Assembly: GCA_016844925.1 (NCBI GenBank)
Contig: JAERTI010000055.1
Location: 1,459 to 65,458 of the forward strand
Source: Candidatus Uhrbacteria bacterium
GTDB lineage: Bacteria; Patescibacteriota; Patescibacteriia; UBA9934; GWF2-40-263
Reading direction: 5' to 3'
Length of the DNA: 64,000 bases
The position numbers and the translations under genes are program-made. This document shows, piece by piece, positions 10,125 through 18,888 of the stretch (within the stretch, counting starts at the first letter, position 1; each line of letters begins with the position of its first letter). The notes beneath the pieces were generated by a model. That model searched no databases. It was given only the letters and a program-made list of their open reading frames with translations, and was not told where the DNA came from.

Positions 10125-10527
10125 TATGAAAACAAAGTTACACCATTGGATCGTCATTGCCCTTGCCATTGTCGGCATTGCCCTGCTTGCCTTCTGGCCC
10201 CCAGCAGCTGGAAAGGACCTCACTCCCTCAACCTCTGACGACGGACTAACAGGAAGTTGGTACACAGAATGGGTTGGAGAAGAAGGAGAGTCCACCTGGA
10301 TGCAATACGACATTGATTACCCCAACTACATCGTCACAGCCTCACACAACTACTTCGAAGAAGGGACCTACGAGATCGTGAAGCAAGCCATTGATGGCTC
10401 AATCGTCATTGAAAAGACCTGGAATACCCCTCGCGGCCTCCAAACCTACGAGCTCACCATCATTAAAGACGACGAAGCTCAGACCATCTCGTTTGAAGGC
10501 GTAACGCTCAAACGTGTAGAGCAGTAA
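10117..10527 (+). CDS. small secreted/membrane-anchored protein (hypothetical)
   Basis: 136 aa, N-terminal signal/anchor (HHWIVIALAIVGIALLAFWPPAAG). Start overlaps the upstream stop by 8 nt (coupled). Confidence 0.55.
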   Translation: MNNMKTKLHHWIVIALAIVGIALLAFWPPAAGKDLTPSTSDDGLTGSWYTEWVGEEGESTWMQYDIDYPNYIVTASHNYFEEGTYEIVKQAIDGSIVIEKTWNTPRGLQTYELTIIKDDEAQTISFEGVTLKRVEQ

Positions 10528-10530
10528 AAC

Positions 10531-10559
10531 AAAACACCCACCGCTCAGCGATGGGTGTT
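10531..10559. terminator. bidirectional Rho-independent terminator between the 136-aa gene and rplL
   Basis: ACACCCACCGCTCAGCGATGGGTGT hairpin followed by TTTTT on the plus strand and an A-run on the other side. Confidence 0.6.
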
Positions 10560-10576
10560 TTTAATTTGCTTGTTGC

Positions 10577-11032
10577 TTACTTGAGGTTGACGGCTCCGCC
10601 AGCATCCTCAATATCCTTCTTCATCTGCTCGGCCTCTTCCTTAGCTACACCAGCCTTTACGACGGTTGGAGCAGCGTCAACGATAGCCTTTGCCTCCTTA
10701 AGTCCCTCACCTGTGATAGCTCGGACAGCCTTGATCACAGCGATCTTGTTGTCACCAGCGCTTGCCAGCTCAACGTCGAACTCGGACTTCTCCTCAGCTG
10801 CACCAGCGTCTCCGCCAGCACCACCAGCCATCATCATGGCAGGAGCAGCGGCACTTACACCGAACTTGTCCTCGAGTACCTTTACGAGCTCAGCGAGGTC
10901 CAAAACGGACATCTGCTCGATTCCCTCTACGAGGTCCTTGAACTTTGCAGGAACCTCTACGGCCTTCTCCTCTGCGGCAGGAGCTGCTGCAGCCTCTACC
11001 TTCTCCTCTGTTGCTGTTGCTTCTTCTGACAT
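10577..11032 (-). CDS. rplL: 50S ribosomal protein L7/L12 with ~28-aa acidic/Ala-rich N-terminal extension
   Basis: ..[32 protein letters not shown]..(Ala/Gly hinge)..[58 protein letters not shown] aligns along its whole length with L7/L12. Confidence 0.9.
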   Translation of the reverse strand: MSEEATATEEKVEAAAAPAAEEKAVEVPAKFKDLVEGIEQMSVLDLAELVKVLEDKFGVSAAAPAMMMAGGAGGDAGAAEEKSEFDVELASAGDNKIAVIKAVRAITGEGLKEAKAIVDAAPTVVKAGVAKEEAEQMKKDIEDAGGAVNLK

Positions 11033-11057
11033 AGTATTGATTGATTCAATCGTTGGA

Positions 11058-11579
11058 TTAACTCTTTGCCTCCTTAATAGCGTTCAATGCGTAGACCAGG
11101 CCTCGTAGGTTGCCCGCGAGGACATTCACGAATCCAGATACTGGCGCATTGAGTGAGCCAACAACCTTGGCAAGCAACTCTTCCTTGCTTGGCAAGCTTG
11201 AAAGCTGGGTGACGGCAGCGGAGTCAACAAACTCCCCTTCCAAGATTCCACCGACAAGCTTGATGTCTTCGCGGTCCTTGGCATACTCAGCCATCAGCTT
11301 TGCAGCTGCGACCTCGTCGTCGTATCCGAAGCTGGTAAGGATGGATCCCTGTAGGTCATCTTTCCCGACCTTGAATCCATTCGCTTCCAACGCACGGATC
11401 AGAAGGGTCTTCTTGGCAACCAGGAGTTCTACCCCCTGCTCACGACCCTTGCTGCGAAGCTCGTTTGCGTCCTCCATGGTGTAGCCCGATACGGACGTAA
11501 ACACCGCGGATTTCATCTTTCCGAGCTTGTCGGAGAGATCAGCGATGATCTGCTCCTTCTCAGCACGTGTTTTTGGCAT
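11058..11579 (-). CDS. rplJ: 50S ribosomal protein L10
   Basis: 173 aa, [57 protein letters not shown] is a canonical L10 N-terminus. Immediately upstream of rplL. Confidence 0.9.
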   Translation of the reverse strand: MPKTRAEKEQIIADLSDKLGKMKSAVFTSVSGYTMEDANELRSKGREQGVELLVAKKTLLIRALEANGFKVGKDDLQGSILTSFGYDDEVAAAKLMAEYAKDREDIKLVGGILEGEFVDSAAVTQLSSLPSKEELLAKVVGSLNAPVSGFVNVLAGNLRGLVYALNAIKEAKS

Positions 11580-11750
11580 AAAAATTGTTCGACCTTTAAT
11601 TAAAAACTGCAGACTTGCGCCGCAGTAGAAAAAGGTCGAAACCTTTCACCTCGACGGGACTTATGCGCTAGGCAACCCGTTGTCTACGGCAGATCTTCAG
11701 TTCGAGGAGATAATAGATCATTCATATTAGGCTGTCAACCGTTTACCAAA
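11580..11750 (-). promoter_or_regulatory. putative ribosomal protein L10 leader (autoregulatory 5' UTR of rplJL)
   Basis: ~170-nt ORF-free, structured-looking region directly 5' of rplJ and 3' of an upstream terminator. This is the position where the L10(L12)4-binding leader is conserved in bacteria. Not verified against the covariance model. Confidence 0.35.
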
Positions 11751-11751
11751 T

Positions 11752-11775
11752 AAAAAAACGAGTGGTCGTACACTC
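11752..11775 (-). terminator. Rho-independent terminator of the 11777..12154 gene
   Basis: Minus-strand CGAGTG-TACGAC-CACTCG hairpin followed by TTTTTTTATTT. Confidence 0.55.
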
Positions 11776-11776
11776 G

Positions 11777-12154
11777 TCAGGAAGCCTTGTTGAACACCTG
11801 ATCGCGCTCAAGGATCTCGACCCCCATCATCGGAGGGAGCAACGTCTTGAGGCCCAGCTCGTACTTGCGTGAGAATTCAGATGGGCCAGCAATTGACCGG
11901 CCAGAGAGCATGAGCACTCGCTTGTTCCCCAGACCCACATCGCCGATCACAGACAAGGACCAGTCGTTGTGTGTGCCCAGAACCCATCGCCCGAGACCAG
12001 CCTTACCTCCCTCAGGCTCCCACGTAGGGTCACCTGTTTCCCCCACGATGATCTGCTGAAGACGCCAGGCCAATGCTCGACCAGGATGATCACCCTCCTT
12101 GGCCATCCAGTACGAATCGTTTTCAGGAACAGCTATAAATACACTCACGTTCAC
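11777..12154 (-). CDS. hypothetical protein (GC-rich)
   Basis: 125-aa ORF with clearly higher GC than flanking ribosomal genes. Co-oriented with and immediately downstream of the PP2C gene. No recognisable motif. Confidence 0.4.
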   Translation of the reverse strand: MNVSVFIAVPENDSYWMAKEGDHPGRALAWRLQQIIVGETGDPTWEPEGGKAGLGRWVLGTHNDWSLSVIGDVGLGNKRVLMLSGRSIAGPSEFSRKYELGLKTLLPPMMGVEILERDQVFNKAS

Positions 12155-12231
12155 CTTCTTTCTGCCGGATAGAATCCAACGAAATTAAACTAAAGAAAAA
12201 ACAGCCCTGCGTCAAGGCTGTGCGTTGGGTG

Positions 12232-13098
12232 CTAGGGCACCACTCGGAAGTAAATGATCATGATGTCATCGTCAGGATCGATGCAGCGTGACGTGGTCAG
12301 AAGTTCGATCTCGTCCCAGGGCGTGACCCAGGCGCGGCCGCGGAGCTCCCTCATGACCTGCTCGACAATCTGGTTACCGCCGTCGACGCACAGGGCGAAT
12401 AGCTCGTGTTCTCCAACCTGTGAGAGCGGGAACGCGCGGCACTCGGGGATCGACGGAAGTAAATCTGCGAACTCCCAGTCACCGAAGGTGCGCGTTGGCT
12501 CGAGCCGAAGCGTGTGAGACTTGTCACTTGTGACGATCTTCAGGTACGTGATCGTTCCATTTCCGGACATTCGTTGATCCAAGGCGAACCGCTTCTGAGC
12601 CAGTGCGCCGGCGAGCCGACGTCGCTCAGCGCGATTGCTGTAGACATGATCGTCGGAAAGCCTCCTGTAGCCGACACCTCGATCCATCGAGACATAGAAA
12701 CGTCCATCCCCCACCTGAGACAGGTAAAACGTTTCATCAAGGAACGTGACACAACTCGCCACAGCCCCCACGAACCTCAGGCCTGCTCCAGGCTTCAGGC
12801 TTACGCGTTTGCGCCACGGCTCAAGAGACGTCGTCACCGCACTGAAGTTCCCATGCGCATGCACAGGTTCCGGCCGAGCCGTAAACCGATCGCGCAATCC
12901 CACAGCCACCTCGGCCGCAAAGTCAGCCACCTGGTGAGACTTGAGGATCTTGATGTTGTTGCGGTCTACTTCTGCCCCGTGACCATCGACCACGGCAGCA
13001 AAGAACGGTTCCCCCTCCTGGGAGTGCACCGCGCAAGCATCTTCGCTCGGACACCCCTCGTAGCGAGGGACGAACACGAACCGGTACTCAACCCGCAT
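12232..13098 (-). CDS. PP2C-family serine/threonine protein phosphatase
   Basis: ..FFAAVVDGHGAEV.. (DGHG metal-binding motif), ..LSDDHVYSN.AERRRL.., ..CVDGG.., C-terminal ..DDDIMIIYFRV (PP2C motifs 1, 5, 8, 11). GC-rich relative to backbone. Confidence 0.7.
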   Translation of the reverse strand: MRVEYRFVFVPRYEGCPSEDACAVHSQEGEPFFAAVVDGHGAEVDRNNIKILKSHQVADFAAEVAVGLRDRFTARPEPVHAHGNFSAVTTSLEPWRKRVSLKPGAGLRFVGAVASCVTFLDETFYLSQVGDGRFYVSMDRGVGYRRLSDDHVYSNRAERRRLAGALAQKRFALDQRMSGNGTITYLKIVTSDKSHTLRLEPTRTFGDWEFADLLPSIPECRAFPLSQVGEHELFALCVDGGNQIVEQVMRELRGRAWVTPWDEIELLTTSRCIDPDDDIMIIYFRVVP

Positions 13099-13177
13099 CG
13101 GGTCTCCCTTCTTCGCGCCTTATGCGCGAGAAACAAAAGATGCCTGTCTCCAGGCATCCTGTCAATCACTCAATGTG

Positions 13178-13888
13178 CTAGCCGCCAATCACGGTTCCCA
13201 AGAACCGCTTCCCTTTCAAAAGATTATCGAGATTCTCCATGTTCTTTCCGTTTAAGATTCCTACACGGATTCCGCTATGATGAGCCAATCGAGAGGCCAC
13301 GGGATCAAACGGTGCGCTCATGCCAGGGTCCCACTCATTCCCCACCATGGCACGAAAGTCTTTCCATGAAATGTCGCAGATCACCTCAGCGTCTTTATGC
13401 TTATTCGGATCTTTATCGTACACGTAATCAATGTTCGACAAGTTGATCACCACCTTAGCCTTCAAGCGCTTGGCAATACGCGTAGCCACGTAATCTGTTG
13501 ACCAGCCTGGCTTCCATCCTGCTGCAACCATCACTGGCTGCTTCCATCCACGGATTGGCCGACTTGGATCTTTGAGCATGACCGGGTGCGCAACCTCTCG
13601 CAGAACAGTCCTCATAAGATGTCCGTTCAAGCGTGTCGCATGAATCCCCAACCAGTCCAAGTCATCACGCGTAAGTTTTCCAACCTGCCGTGCGGCCTCT
13701 TGATAATGCCGCGCTGTTCCTCCTCCGCCTACAACGATAACAAATCGCCATCCGCGCTTGATATGTTTTTTGATCAACTTCTTCAGGTCCTTCAGGAACG
13801 CGTGATCAATGTTCCCATTAGGAACCACGAGAGAGCCACCGACAGAAATAACAAGCGTAGACGGTTCGAGCGAATTGGAGTGGGTCAT
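13178..13888 (-). CDS. pyrH: UMP kinase (archaeal-type amino-acid-kinase fold)
   Basis: ..LVISVGGSLVVPNG.ID..FLKDL...IK.....G.RFVIVVGGGGTARHY.EAAR.VG.L.RDDLDWLGIHATRLNGHLMRTVL.. fits the short archaeal/CPR-type UMP kinase. Confidence 0.7.
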   Translation of the reverse strand: MTHSNSLEPSTLVISVGGSLVVPNGNIDHAFLKDLKKLIKKHIKRGWRFVIVVGGGGTARHYQEAARQVGKLTRDDLDWLGIHATRLNGHLMRTVLREVAHPVMLKDPSRPIRGWKQPVMVAAGWKPGWSTDYVATRIAKRLKAKVVINLSNIDYVYDKDPNKHKDAEVICDISWKDFRAMVGNEWDPGMSAPFDPVASRLAHHSGIRVGILNGKNMENLDNLLKGKRFLGTVIGG

Positions 13889-13917
13889 AAAAAGAGCGCC
13901 GCTGGGGCGCTAATGGG

Positions 13918-14271
13918 TTACGAATGTTGAGATTGTTTAATAAGCCAGTTGGTGGCGAGTGAGATTGCCCACAACATAAGTGCTGCAAGCAATGCGGGCA
14001 CAAACCCCTCAACCACAAACCCTTCTACGATCGTGGAGACAAGCCAGATCATAAAAGCGTTAATGACAAAGGTGAATAGACCGAGTGTAAGAATCGTGAC
14101 AGGAAGCGTGAGAATAAAGAACAGTGGACGCACGAGAGCGTTGGCGAGTCCGAGCACCAAGGCAGCGATCAAGGCGTTGTAGAACGTCTCGACGCCAAAA
14201 CCTGGCACCACATTGGCAACAATGATGAGCGCGATTGCATTGATGATCCACCGGAAGAGGATATACGCCAT
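13918..14271 (-). CDS. holin-4_2 / YvlD-like small membrane protein
   Basis: 117 aa, four hydrophobic helices, MAYILFRWIINAIALIIVANVVPGF.. resembles Phage_holin_4_2 / DUF360 family proteins. Confidence 0.5.
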   Translation of the reverse strand: MAYILFRWIINAIALIIVANVVPGFGVETFYNALIAALVLGLANALVRPLFFILTLPVTILTLGLFTFVINAFMIWLVSTIVEGFVVEGFVPALLAALMLWAISLATNWLIKQSQHS

Positions 14272-14273
14272 AG

Positions 14274-14480
14274 CTACCCAGCAAACTTCTCTTTAATAGA
14301 CTCTACCTTGTTCTCCACCTCAGAAAGCTTTTTCTTGAGCTCACCTGCCAGCTCCAACCCTCGCTCAAACTGCTTCAAGCCCTTATCGAGATCAAGGTTC
14401 TCCTCGGAATCAAACCACTGCGTGATCTCCTCGAGCTCCTCAAAGGCTTTGGCAAAATTGATCTTTTTCTTTGCTGGCAT
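14274..14480 (-). CDS. xseB: exodeoxyribonuclease VII small subunit
   Basis: 68 aa, ..FEELEEITQWFDSEENLDLDKGLKQFERGLELAGELKKKL..VENKVE is the canonical XseB pattern. Directly downstream of xseA. Confidence 0.85.
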   Translation of the reverse strand: MPAKKKINFAKAFEELEEITQWFDSEENLDLDKGLKQFERGLELAGELKKKLSEVENKVESIKEKFAG

Positions 14481-14483
14481 AGG

Positions 14484-15692
14484 TTAAACAAGTTTCTGCT
14501 GTCCTTTACCGTCTACGCGCGTTACCTGCGCATCAAACGATCCTGCGGCCAATTGTACACCAACCTCCTGACCGACACCAACCTTTGAGGCATCCGCTAC
14601 AACAGCGCCATTGACGGTAACAATTGAGTACCCTCGAGCCAGGACCCGCTTTGGATCCACCTGCCTAAGCACACGTGCAAGCCCCTCGAGCTCAGATCGA
14701 ATCAGCGGCAACCAATCCTCTCCCGCCACCATAAGACGCTCATGAGCCGCACGGAAACGCTCTTTCTGCCGCTCCAAGATAAACGAGATAGATCCTGTTG
14801 CACGCTCAATAACCCGTGAACGCATCTCTATGTGGTCACGCATCCGCTCCTCCATATGCCGCGCCATGGTCTCGATCTCGTAGCTCACATCAGAGCGAGA
14901 CGGCACCACGCGCTCGGCTGCGTTCGATGGTGTCGACGCACGCACATCTGCGACAAAATCTGCCAATGACTCATCACGCTCATGCCCCACGGCACAGACA
15001 ACGGGAATGCTTGAAGAAAAAATCGCACGGGCAACCCCCTCATCATTAAACGCATGAAGATCTTCAAGACCACCCCCACCACGGGTAAGCACCAGTGCGT
15101 CAGGGCGCTCCGACTCGGACAGCGCGTTGAAATACTGAAACGCTCCCACAATCTCTTTCACTGCCTGACGCCCCTGCACATGCACATGCGCATGTTCAAC
15201 CACCACGCCTCCCCATCGATTATTCAAAATGCGCAAGAAGTCTCCGTACGCTGCTGCATCGCGAGATGTGATGAGTCCGATGCGTTCAGGGAACCGAGAC
15301 AGACTCCGTTTACGGGAAACATCAAATAATCCCTCAGCTTCCATTTTTTTCTTCAACAACTCATACGCCCGGCGCAGCGCCCCCTCTCCCACCGGAGCGA
15401 CTTCCTGCACATTCATCTTAAAACTCCCGAACCGCTCGTACACCTTTGGATACCCTTTCACCTGCACCCGCATACCGCTTTCGATCTGCACCTTCAGTTG
15501 CCAGGTCGTCATGAAACATTTGAGCACCGCCTCCTCTTGCTCATCTTTCAAATCAAAACTCACCCACTTTCCCTGGGCGATACGAAAGTCCGACACCTCC
15601 CCCTCCACCACCGTCTGATCAGAAGGAACCTGCCTGAGCGCCTGATTTACCAGGTCCAGATATTGTGCGACAGAAAGAACGTGAGGATCCAT
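14484..15692 (-). CDS. xseA: exodeoxyribonuclease VII large subunit
   Basis: 402 aa, N-terminal OB fold (..LSVAQYLDLVNQAL....VVEGEVSDFRIAQGKWVSFDLKDE..) and catalytic core (..IGLITSRDAAAYGDFLRIL..RW..V....AHV.VQG..A..EIV.A...FN...........DALVLTRGGGGLEDLHAFNDE..). Confidence 0.85.
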   Translation of the reverse strand: MDPHVLSVAQYLDLVNQALRQVPSDQTVVEGEVSDFRIAQGKWVSFDLKDEQEEAVLKCFMTTWQLKVQIESGMRVQVKGYPKVYERFGSFKMNVQEVAPVGEGALRRAYELLKKKMEAEGLFDVSRKRSLSRFPERIGLITSRDAAAYGDFLRILNNRWGGVVVEHAHVHVQGRQAVKEIVGAFQYFNALSESERPDALVLTRGGGGLEDLHAFNDEGVARAIFSSSIPVVCAVGHERDESLADFVADVRASTPSNAAERVVPSRSDVSYEIETMARHMEERMRDHIEMRSRVIERATGSISFILERQKERFRAAHERLMVAGEDWLPLIRSELEGLARVLRQVDPKRVLARGYSIVTVNGAVVADASKVGVGQEVGVQLAAGSFDAQVTRVDGKGQQKLV

Positions 15693-16168
15693 TACAGTGG
15701 GAGGTTAAAAAAATGTGGTTGATAAAACTGCACAAGGAGCCAAAGACTGACTCCCAAAATAAGATGCGAAACAATGGTCTCAAGCCAGACATGCTTCCCT
15801 TCTTTGAGACCAAATAGCCCTAAACCCAAAGCGGGGTACACCACAAATCCAGCGACAACCCAGCTGAGCACAGCAAACACGAGCAACGAATGAATGGTAT
15901 AGGGAGCGTTTGTGACAAAGAGCCACCCCTGCCTCACGAACAACACGTAAATGATCCCAAACAAGAATCCAAAGATGAGATGCAGAAGCAAGCCAATAAA
16001 AAATACTTCGTGCTTATGCTTGATCTTGATGCCAAAAATCGTCTTTACATCGATCAAAAGTGGAGCATTCTTCACATTCCCGCGCTCTGCGATCTCAAGC
16101 ACAATCGCAGGAAGTGCAAAAAAGAATGCCACCAATCCTCCCAATGCTCCGCCAAGTAAATAATCCAT
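15692..16168 (-). CDS. integral membrane protein (hypothetical, 4 TM)
   Basis: 158-aa hydrophobic ORF tightly packed between the C39-like peptidase gene and xseA. Confidence 0.45.
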   Translation of the reverse strand: MDYLLGGALGGLVAFFFALPAIVLEIAERGNVKNAPLLIDVKTIFGIKIKHKHEVFFIGLLLHLIFGFLFGIIYVLFVRQGWLFVTNAPYTIHSLLVFAVLSWVVAGFVVYPALGLGLFGLKEGKHVWLETIVSHLILGVSLWLLVQFYQPHFFNLPL

Positions 16169-16169
16169 A

Positions 16170-17156
16170 TTACGGGTAAATAACTAACGCCACTTTCCTT
16201 CCATCGGTAATCTCGTCTCCCCCATTCCAATCGTGCATCGCGTAGAGCAACGTGTCAAAGTCATAAAGATACGCCTCACCTCGATACGTTCCAGGGTCAT
16301 TCACGATGAACTGACCAGCTTCTGTATATCCACGCACCACCAACATGTGATAGATCGGTCCAGGTGCTGTGAAATGTGGGTTGTTAAGCAAGCGCCCGGC
16401 AGCCGGAATGATTACGGGACGCCCCTGTACCAGATGAGACTTTAGATCATCAACAGACGGATCTTCAATCAACTCGTACGTTCTTCCAAACATGAGCTCA
16501 GCAAACACTCCTGTCTGTTCTGCAGTCGTGTCCTCGTAGTAACCAAACAACTCATGCTCAAACGCCACAATGGTCTGAATCGCTTCATCTGCCTTTCCTG
16601 CCTCAATCAACCCCTCAGGTTCACCCTCATAGTACCGCTCCACCATGTACACACTTGCCTCCTCACAAGACTCCTTATAGGGCTCACCCCAGTCGGCATG
16701 CGGAGCCTGTGGTGTAAATGGCACAGCGAGATTAATCGACAGCGGGAGCTCGACAGCAGGCTCTGCTGCTACCTCTTCTCCATCTTCGACAACCTCCTCA
16801 CCATCGACAACTTCTTCCGTGTCATCGTCAAGAACCTCCCCCTCTTGCTCAGGCAACGCGACAATCTCCTCACCAGCTTCCACATCGTCCACATCAGCAG
16901 GGGCCTCTATCTCAACCTCCTCAACCTCTTGCTCATCGCCCGCCTCTTCGACAGGCTCGCCAAGCGCCTCCTCTACTTCTTCGACACCTTCCTCCACCAC
17001 CTGCTCAAACGTCACGGATACCGGCAGCTCTGGCAGGCTCGCTGTCCGCCACCACTCGGCTACGGCGCCACGATTCAAATACAACGCTGCTCCCAGCGCA
17101 ATCAGCAAGATAATAAATTCTGCAAAACGTTTTACGGCTTTCATAGGGCGATACAA
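16170..17156 (-). CDS. membrane-anchored C39-like (YvpB/BtrH-type) cysteine peptidase with acidic E/V/D-rich linker
   Basis: N-terminal TM anchor, ~100-aa acidic low-complexity linker, then a C-terminal domain with spaced Cys/His/Asp (..ESCEEASVYMVERYY.., ..HMLVVRGY.., ..NDPG..) resembling Peptidase_C39_2. Confidence 0.5.
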   Translation of the reverse strand: MYRPMKAVKRFAEFIILLIALGAALYLNRGAVAEWWRTASLPELPVSVTFEQVVEEGVEEVEEALGEPVEEAGDEQEVEEVEIEAPADVDDVEAGEEIVALPEQEGEVLDDDTEEVVDGEEVVEDGEEVAAEPAVELPLSINLAVPFTPQAPHADWGEPYKESCEEASVYMVERYYEGEPEGLIEAGKADEAIQTIVAFEHELFGYYEDTTAEQTGVFAELMFGRTYELIEDPSVDDLKSHLVQGRPVIIPAAGRLLNNPHFTAPGPIYHMLVVRGYTEAGQFIVNDPGTYRGEAYLYDFDTLLYAMHDWNGGDEITDGRKVALVIYP

Positions 17157-17434
17157 ACCCCCACATCATCAATAAATTCTCCGCAAGCAAACCCCTCGGG
17201 GCACTGCACATCAGATTCACACTCACAGTACTCCACACAAACATCAACACACACCTCGACATCTTCTCCACGACAAGCGCTCCCACAATCTTCCCACAAA
17301 CCCCCGGCCTCCTGACAAGATGCCTCTGTTAGTTCCCCCGCGGACCGTTCACGCACCTCAAGAACAGGTTCCTGTGTGGGAACACAACCTGTTCCCAGTA
17401 AAAGCACCGTCATTACTAGAGCGACGAACTTCAT
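17141..17434 (-). CDS. small acidic cysteine-rich lipoprotein
   Basis: 97 aa. Lipoprotein signal MKFVALVMTVLLLGTGC. Mature part is acidic with 10 further Cys in CxxC/CxC-like spacing (..CVDVCVEYCECESDVQCPEGFACGEF..). Overlaps both neighbours (operon). Confidence 0.55.
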   Translation of the reverse strand: MKFVALVMTVLLLGTGCVPTQEPVLEVRERSAGELTEASCQEAGGLWEDCGSACRGEDVEVCVDVCVEYCECESDVQCPEGFACGEFIDDVGVCIAL

Positions 17435-18831
17435 AACACGGCATGCTCACGTGCCCAGCGCTGCAGCTTGTACGTGGCGATTACATCATCCTCGTTGTAC
17501 TCCATAATCTTCTGCAGCAACTTCGGCTTCTTTGTCTTGAGCCATTCTTCAAACCACATCACCGAGTTTGCCCCTGAGGCGTCCTTTGCCCTCCACTGGA
17601 ACCCGATGTAGTTCGCAATATCTTTAAGTGAATAGAATGACAGTGGGAAAATCACCGCCGGTCGCACCACCGCGAGCAAGTCGATCATATTACGGTCAAG
17701 AGCCTCACGCGCGATCTCACTGATTCCATAACGCATCGCAAAGCGCTGCACAACTTCGTGCTCAAACCAACCGTAGTGATAAATAGGTGCATCTAGATGC
17801 CGCTCGATAAATTCAACAAACTCGGCCCACATGGCTCCCTCTTGCTCCGGACTCTCCGCAAAGAATGAGTGATACGTCTGCTCTCCCCCCTCCACGACCA
17901 ACACACCAAACAAATACTCAAAATCCCTTAAAGGATCTGCTTCGATATCAAAATATAATTCAATAGACGCTTCTGGCAACTCAACGCCATGACGAATCAT
18001 GTGCCGGTTCTCTGTAATCGCAATCGCCTGATCCCGCATGGTCTCCAGGCGCCCTGAGTGAACATCCGGAGCGATGGACTCAAGCTCAGAGACAGATTTC
18101 ACAGCCAACTGACGAATCGTTTCAATCCCCGCCTCAGAGAGACGCTTCACCTCTTCGCGCCAAACACGATTCAAGAGCGAAAGATCCTCACAGCTCTCCG
18201 ACTCACTTCGACACTCTGTAAACCATGGCGACTGCTTACACCCAGACGTCACAAAGTGCACCGGACGCTTTCCCGCAACAATCTTCTCAATCTCTGTCAG
18301 CGTAAGTTCGTACTGTGCTTCAAACTCTTCAATCGAATACGGCATCACCTCATTGTCCGCGCTCACAACATACCCCTTATAGGGCTTCGTCCCCTGCACG
18401 CGAGCCAGCAGCTCGGCATAAAAACATCCCTGGAACTTATGATCGTCTCGCACCTGTCGTGAACGTTTGATGTCTGCCGCGACATAATAGTGATCTCCGA
18501 GCTTGGACCGACCCTCAACTTTTTCCAAAATGTCTGGATGCCCCACCCAGTGCTTGTCTACAAGCACCCCATGAAAAATCGTCTGGCGCCCCTCGGCCAT
18601 AAAGGCGAGCGTCTGATTGAACGCCTCGTCAGGATCCTCAGCCGTCACCTCCACCAAATCCTCACGATCAGAAATAATGTCGCGTTCCTTATCCTCAATC
18701 ATCCCGTCATCTTGAAGCCGGTGCATGAGCGCCTCGTGGGGTCGCGCTGCCTGCGCGTGAGCATCAAAATACACCCAGTTTGGGCACTTGAGGTATTGAT
18801 AAAATGTCCGCTCTGTAATTTGACCTTGCAT
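17431..18831 (-). CDS. TM0106-family RecB-like nuclease (Cas4-like PD-(D/E)xK N-terminus + RNase-H-like C-terminal domain)
   Basis: 466 aa. N-terminal ..YQYLKCPNWVYFD.. and ..GCFYAELLA.. (Cas4/RecB-nuclease-like with Cys). C-terminal ..IELYFDIEADPLRDFEYLFGVLVV.. and ..YHYGWFE.. typical of the predicted exonuclease domain of COG2251/TIGR03491 proteins. Confidence 0.6.
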   Translation of the reverse strand: MQGQITERTFYQYLKCPNWVYFDAHAQAARPHEALMHRLQDDGMIEDKERDIISDREDLVEVTAEDPDEAFNQTLAFMAEGRQTIFHGVLVDKHWVGHPDILEKVEGRSKLGDHYYVAADIKRSRQVRDDHKFQGCFYAELLARVQGTKPYKGYVVSADNEVMPYSIEEFEAQYELTLTEIEKIVAGKRPVHFVTSGCKQSPWFTECRSESESCEDLSLLNRVWREEVKRLSEAGIETIRQLAVKSVSELESIAPDVHSGRLETMRDQAIAITENRHMIRHGVELPEASIELYFDIEADPLRDFEYLFGVLVVEGGEQTYHSFFAESPEQEGAMWAEFVEFIERHLDAPIYHYGWFEHEVVQRFAMRYGISEIAREALDRNMIDLLAVVRPAVIFPLSFYSLKDIANYIGFQWRAKDASGANSVMWFEEWLKTKKPKLLQKIMEYNEDDVIATYKLQRWAREHAVL

Positions 18832-18888
18832 GAGATAAGTATAACATGACCTGGCTCTTGATTGTGCTGCTTAAAGAAGGAGAGTCCC

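Noticed and set aside
10551-11484. Plus-strand ORFs 10551..11108 and 11110..11484 antisense to rplL/rplJ
   Set aside because: Ribosomal protein assignments on the minus strand are unambiguous. The antisense translations are Ala/Ser/Thr low-complexity.
12514-13446. 310-aa plus-strand ORF antisense to the PP2C and pyrH genes
   Set aside because: It spans two well-supported minus-strand genes plus their intergenic region. It is an Arg/Ser/Pro-rich artefact.
16554-17315. 253-aa plus-strand ORF opposite the C39-like peptidase and Cys-rich genes
   Set aside because: It is the antisense of the acidic E/V/D repeat region (giving an S/T/L-rich translation). The minus-strand genes are tightly coupled in an operon.
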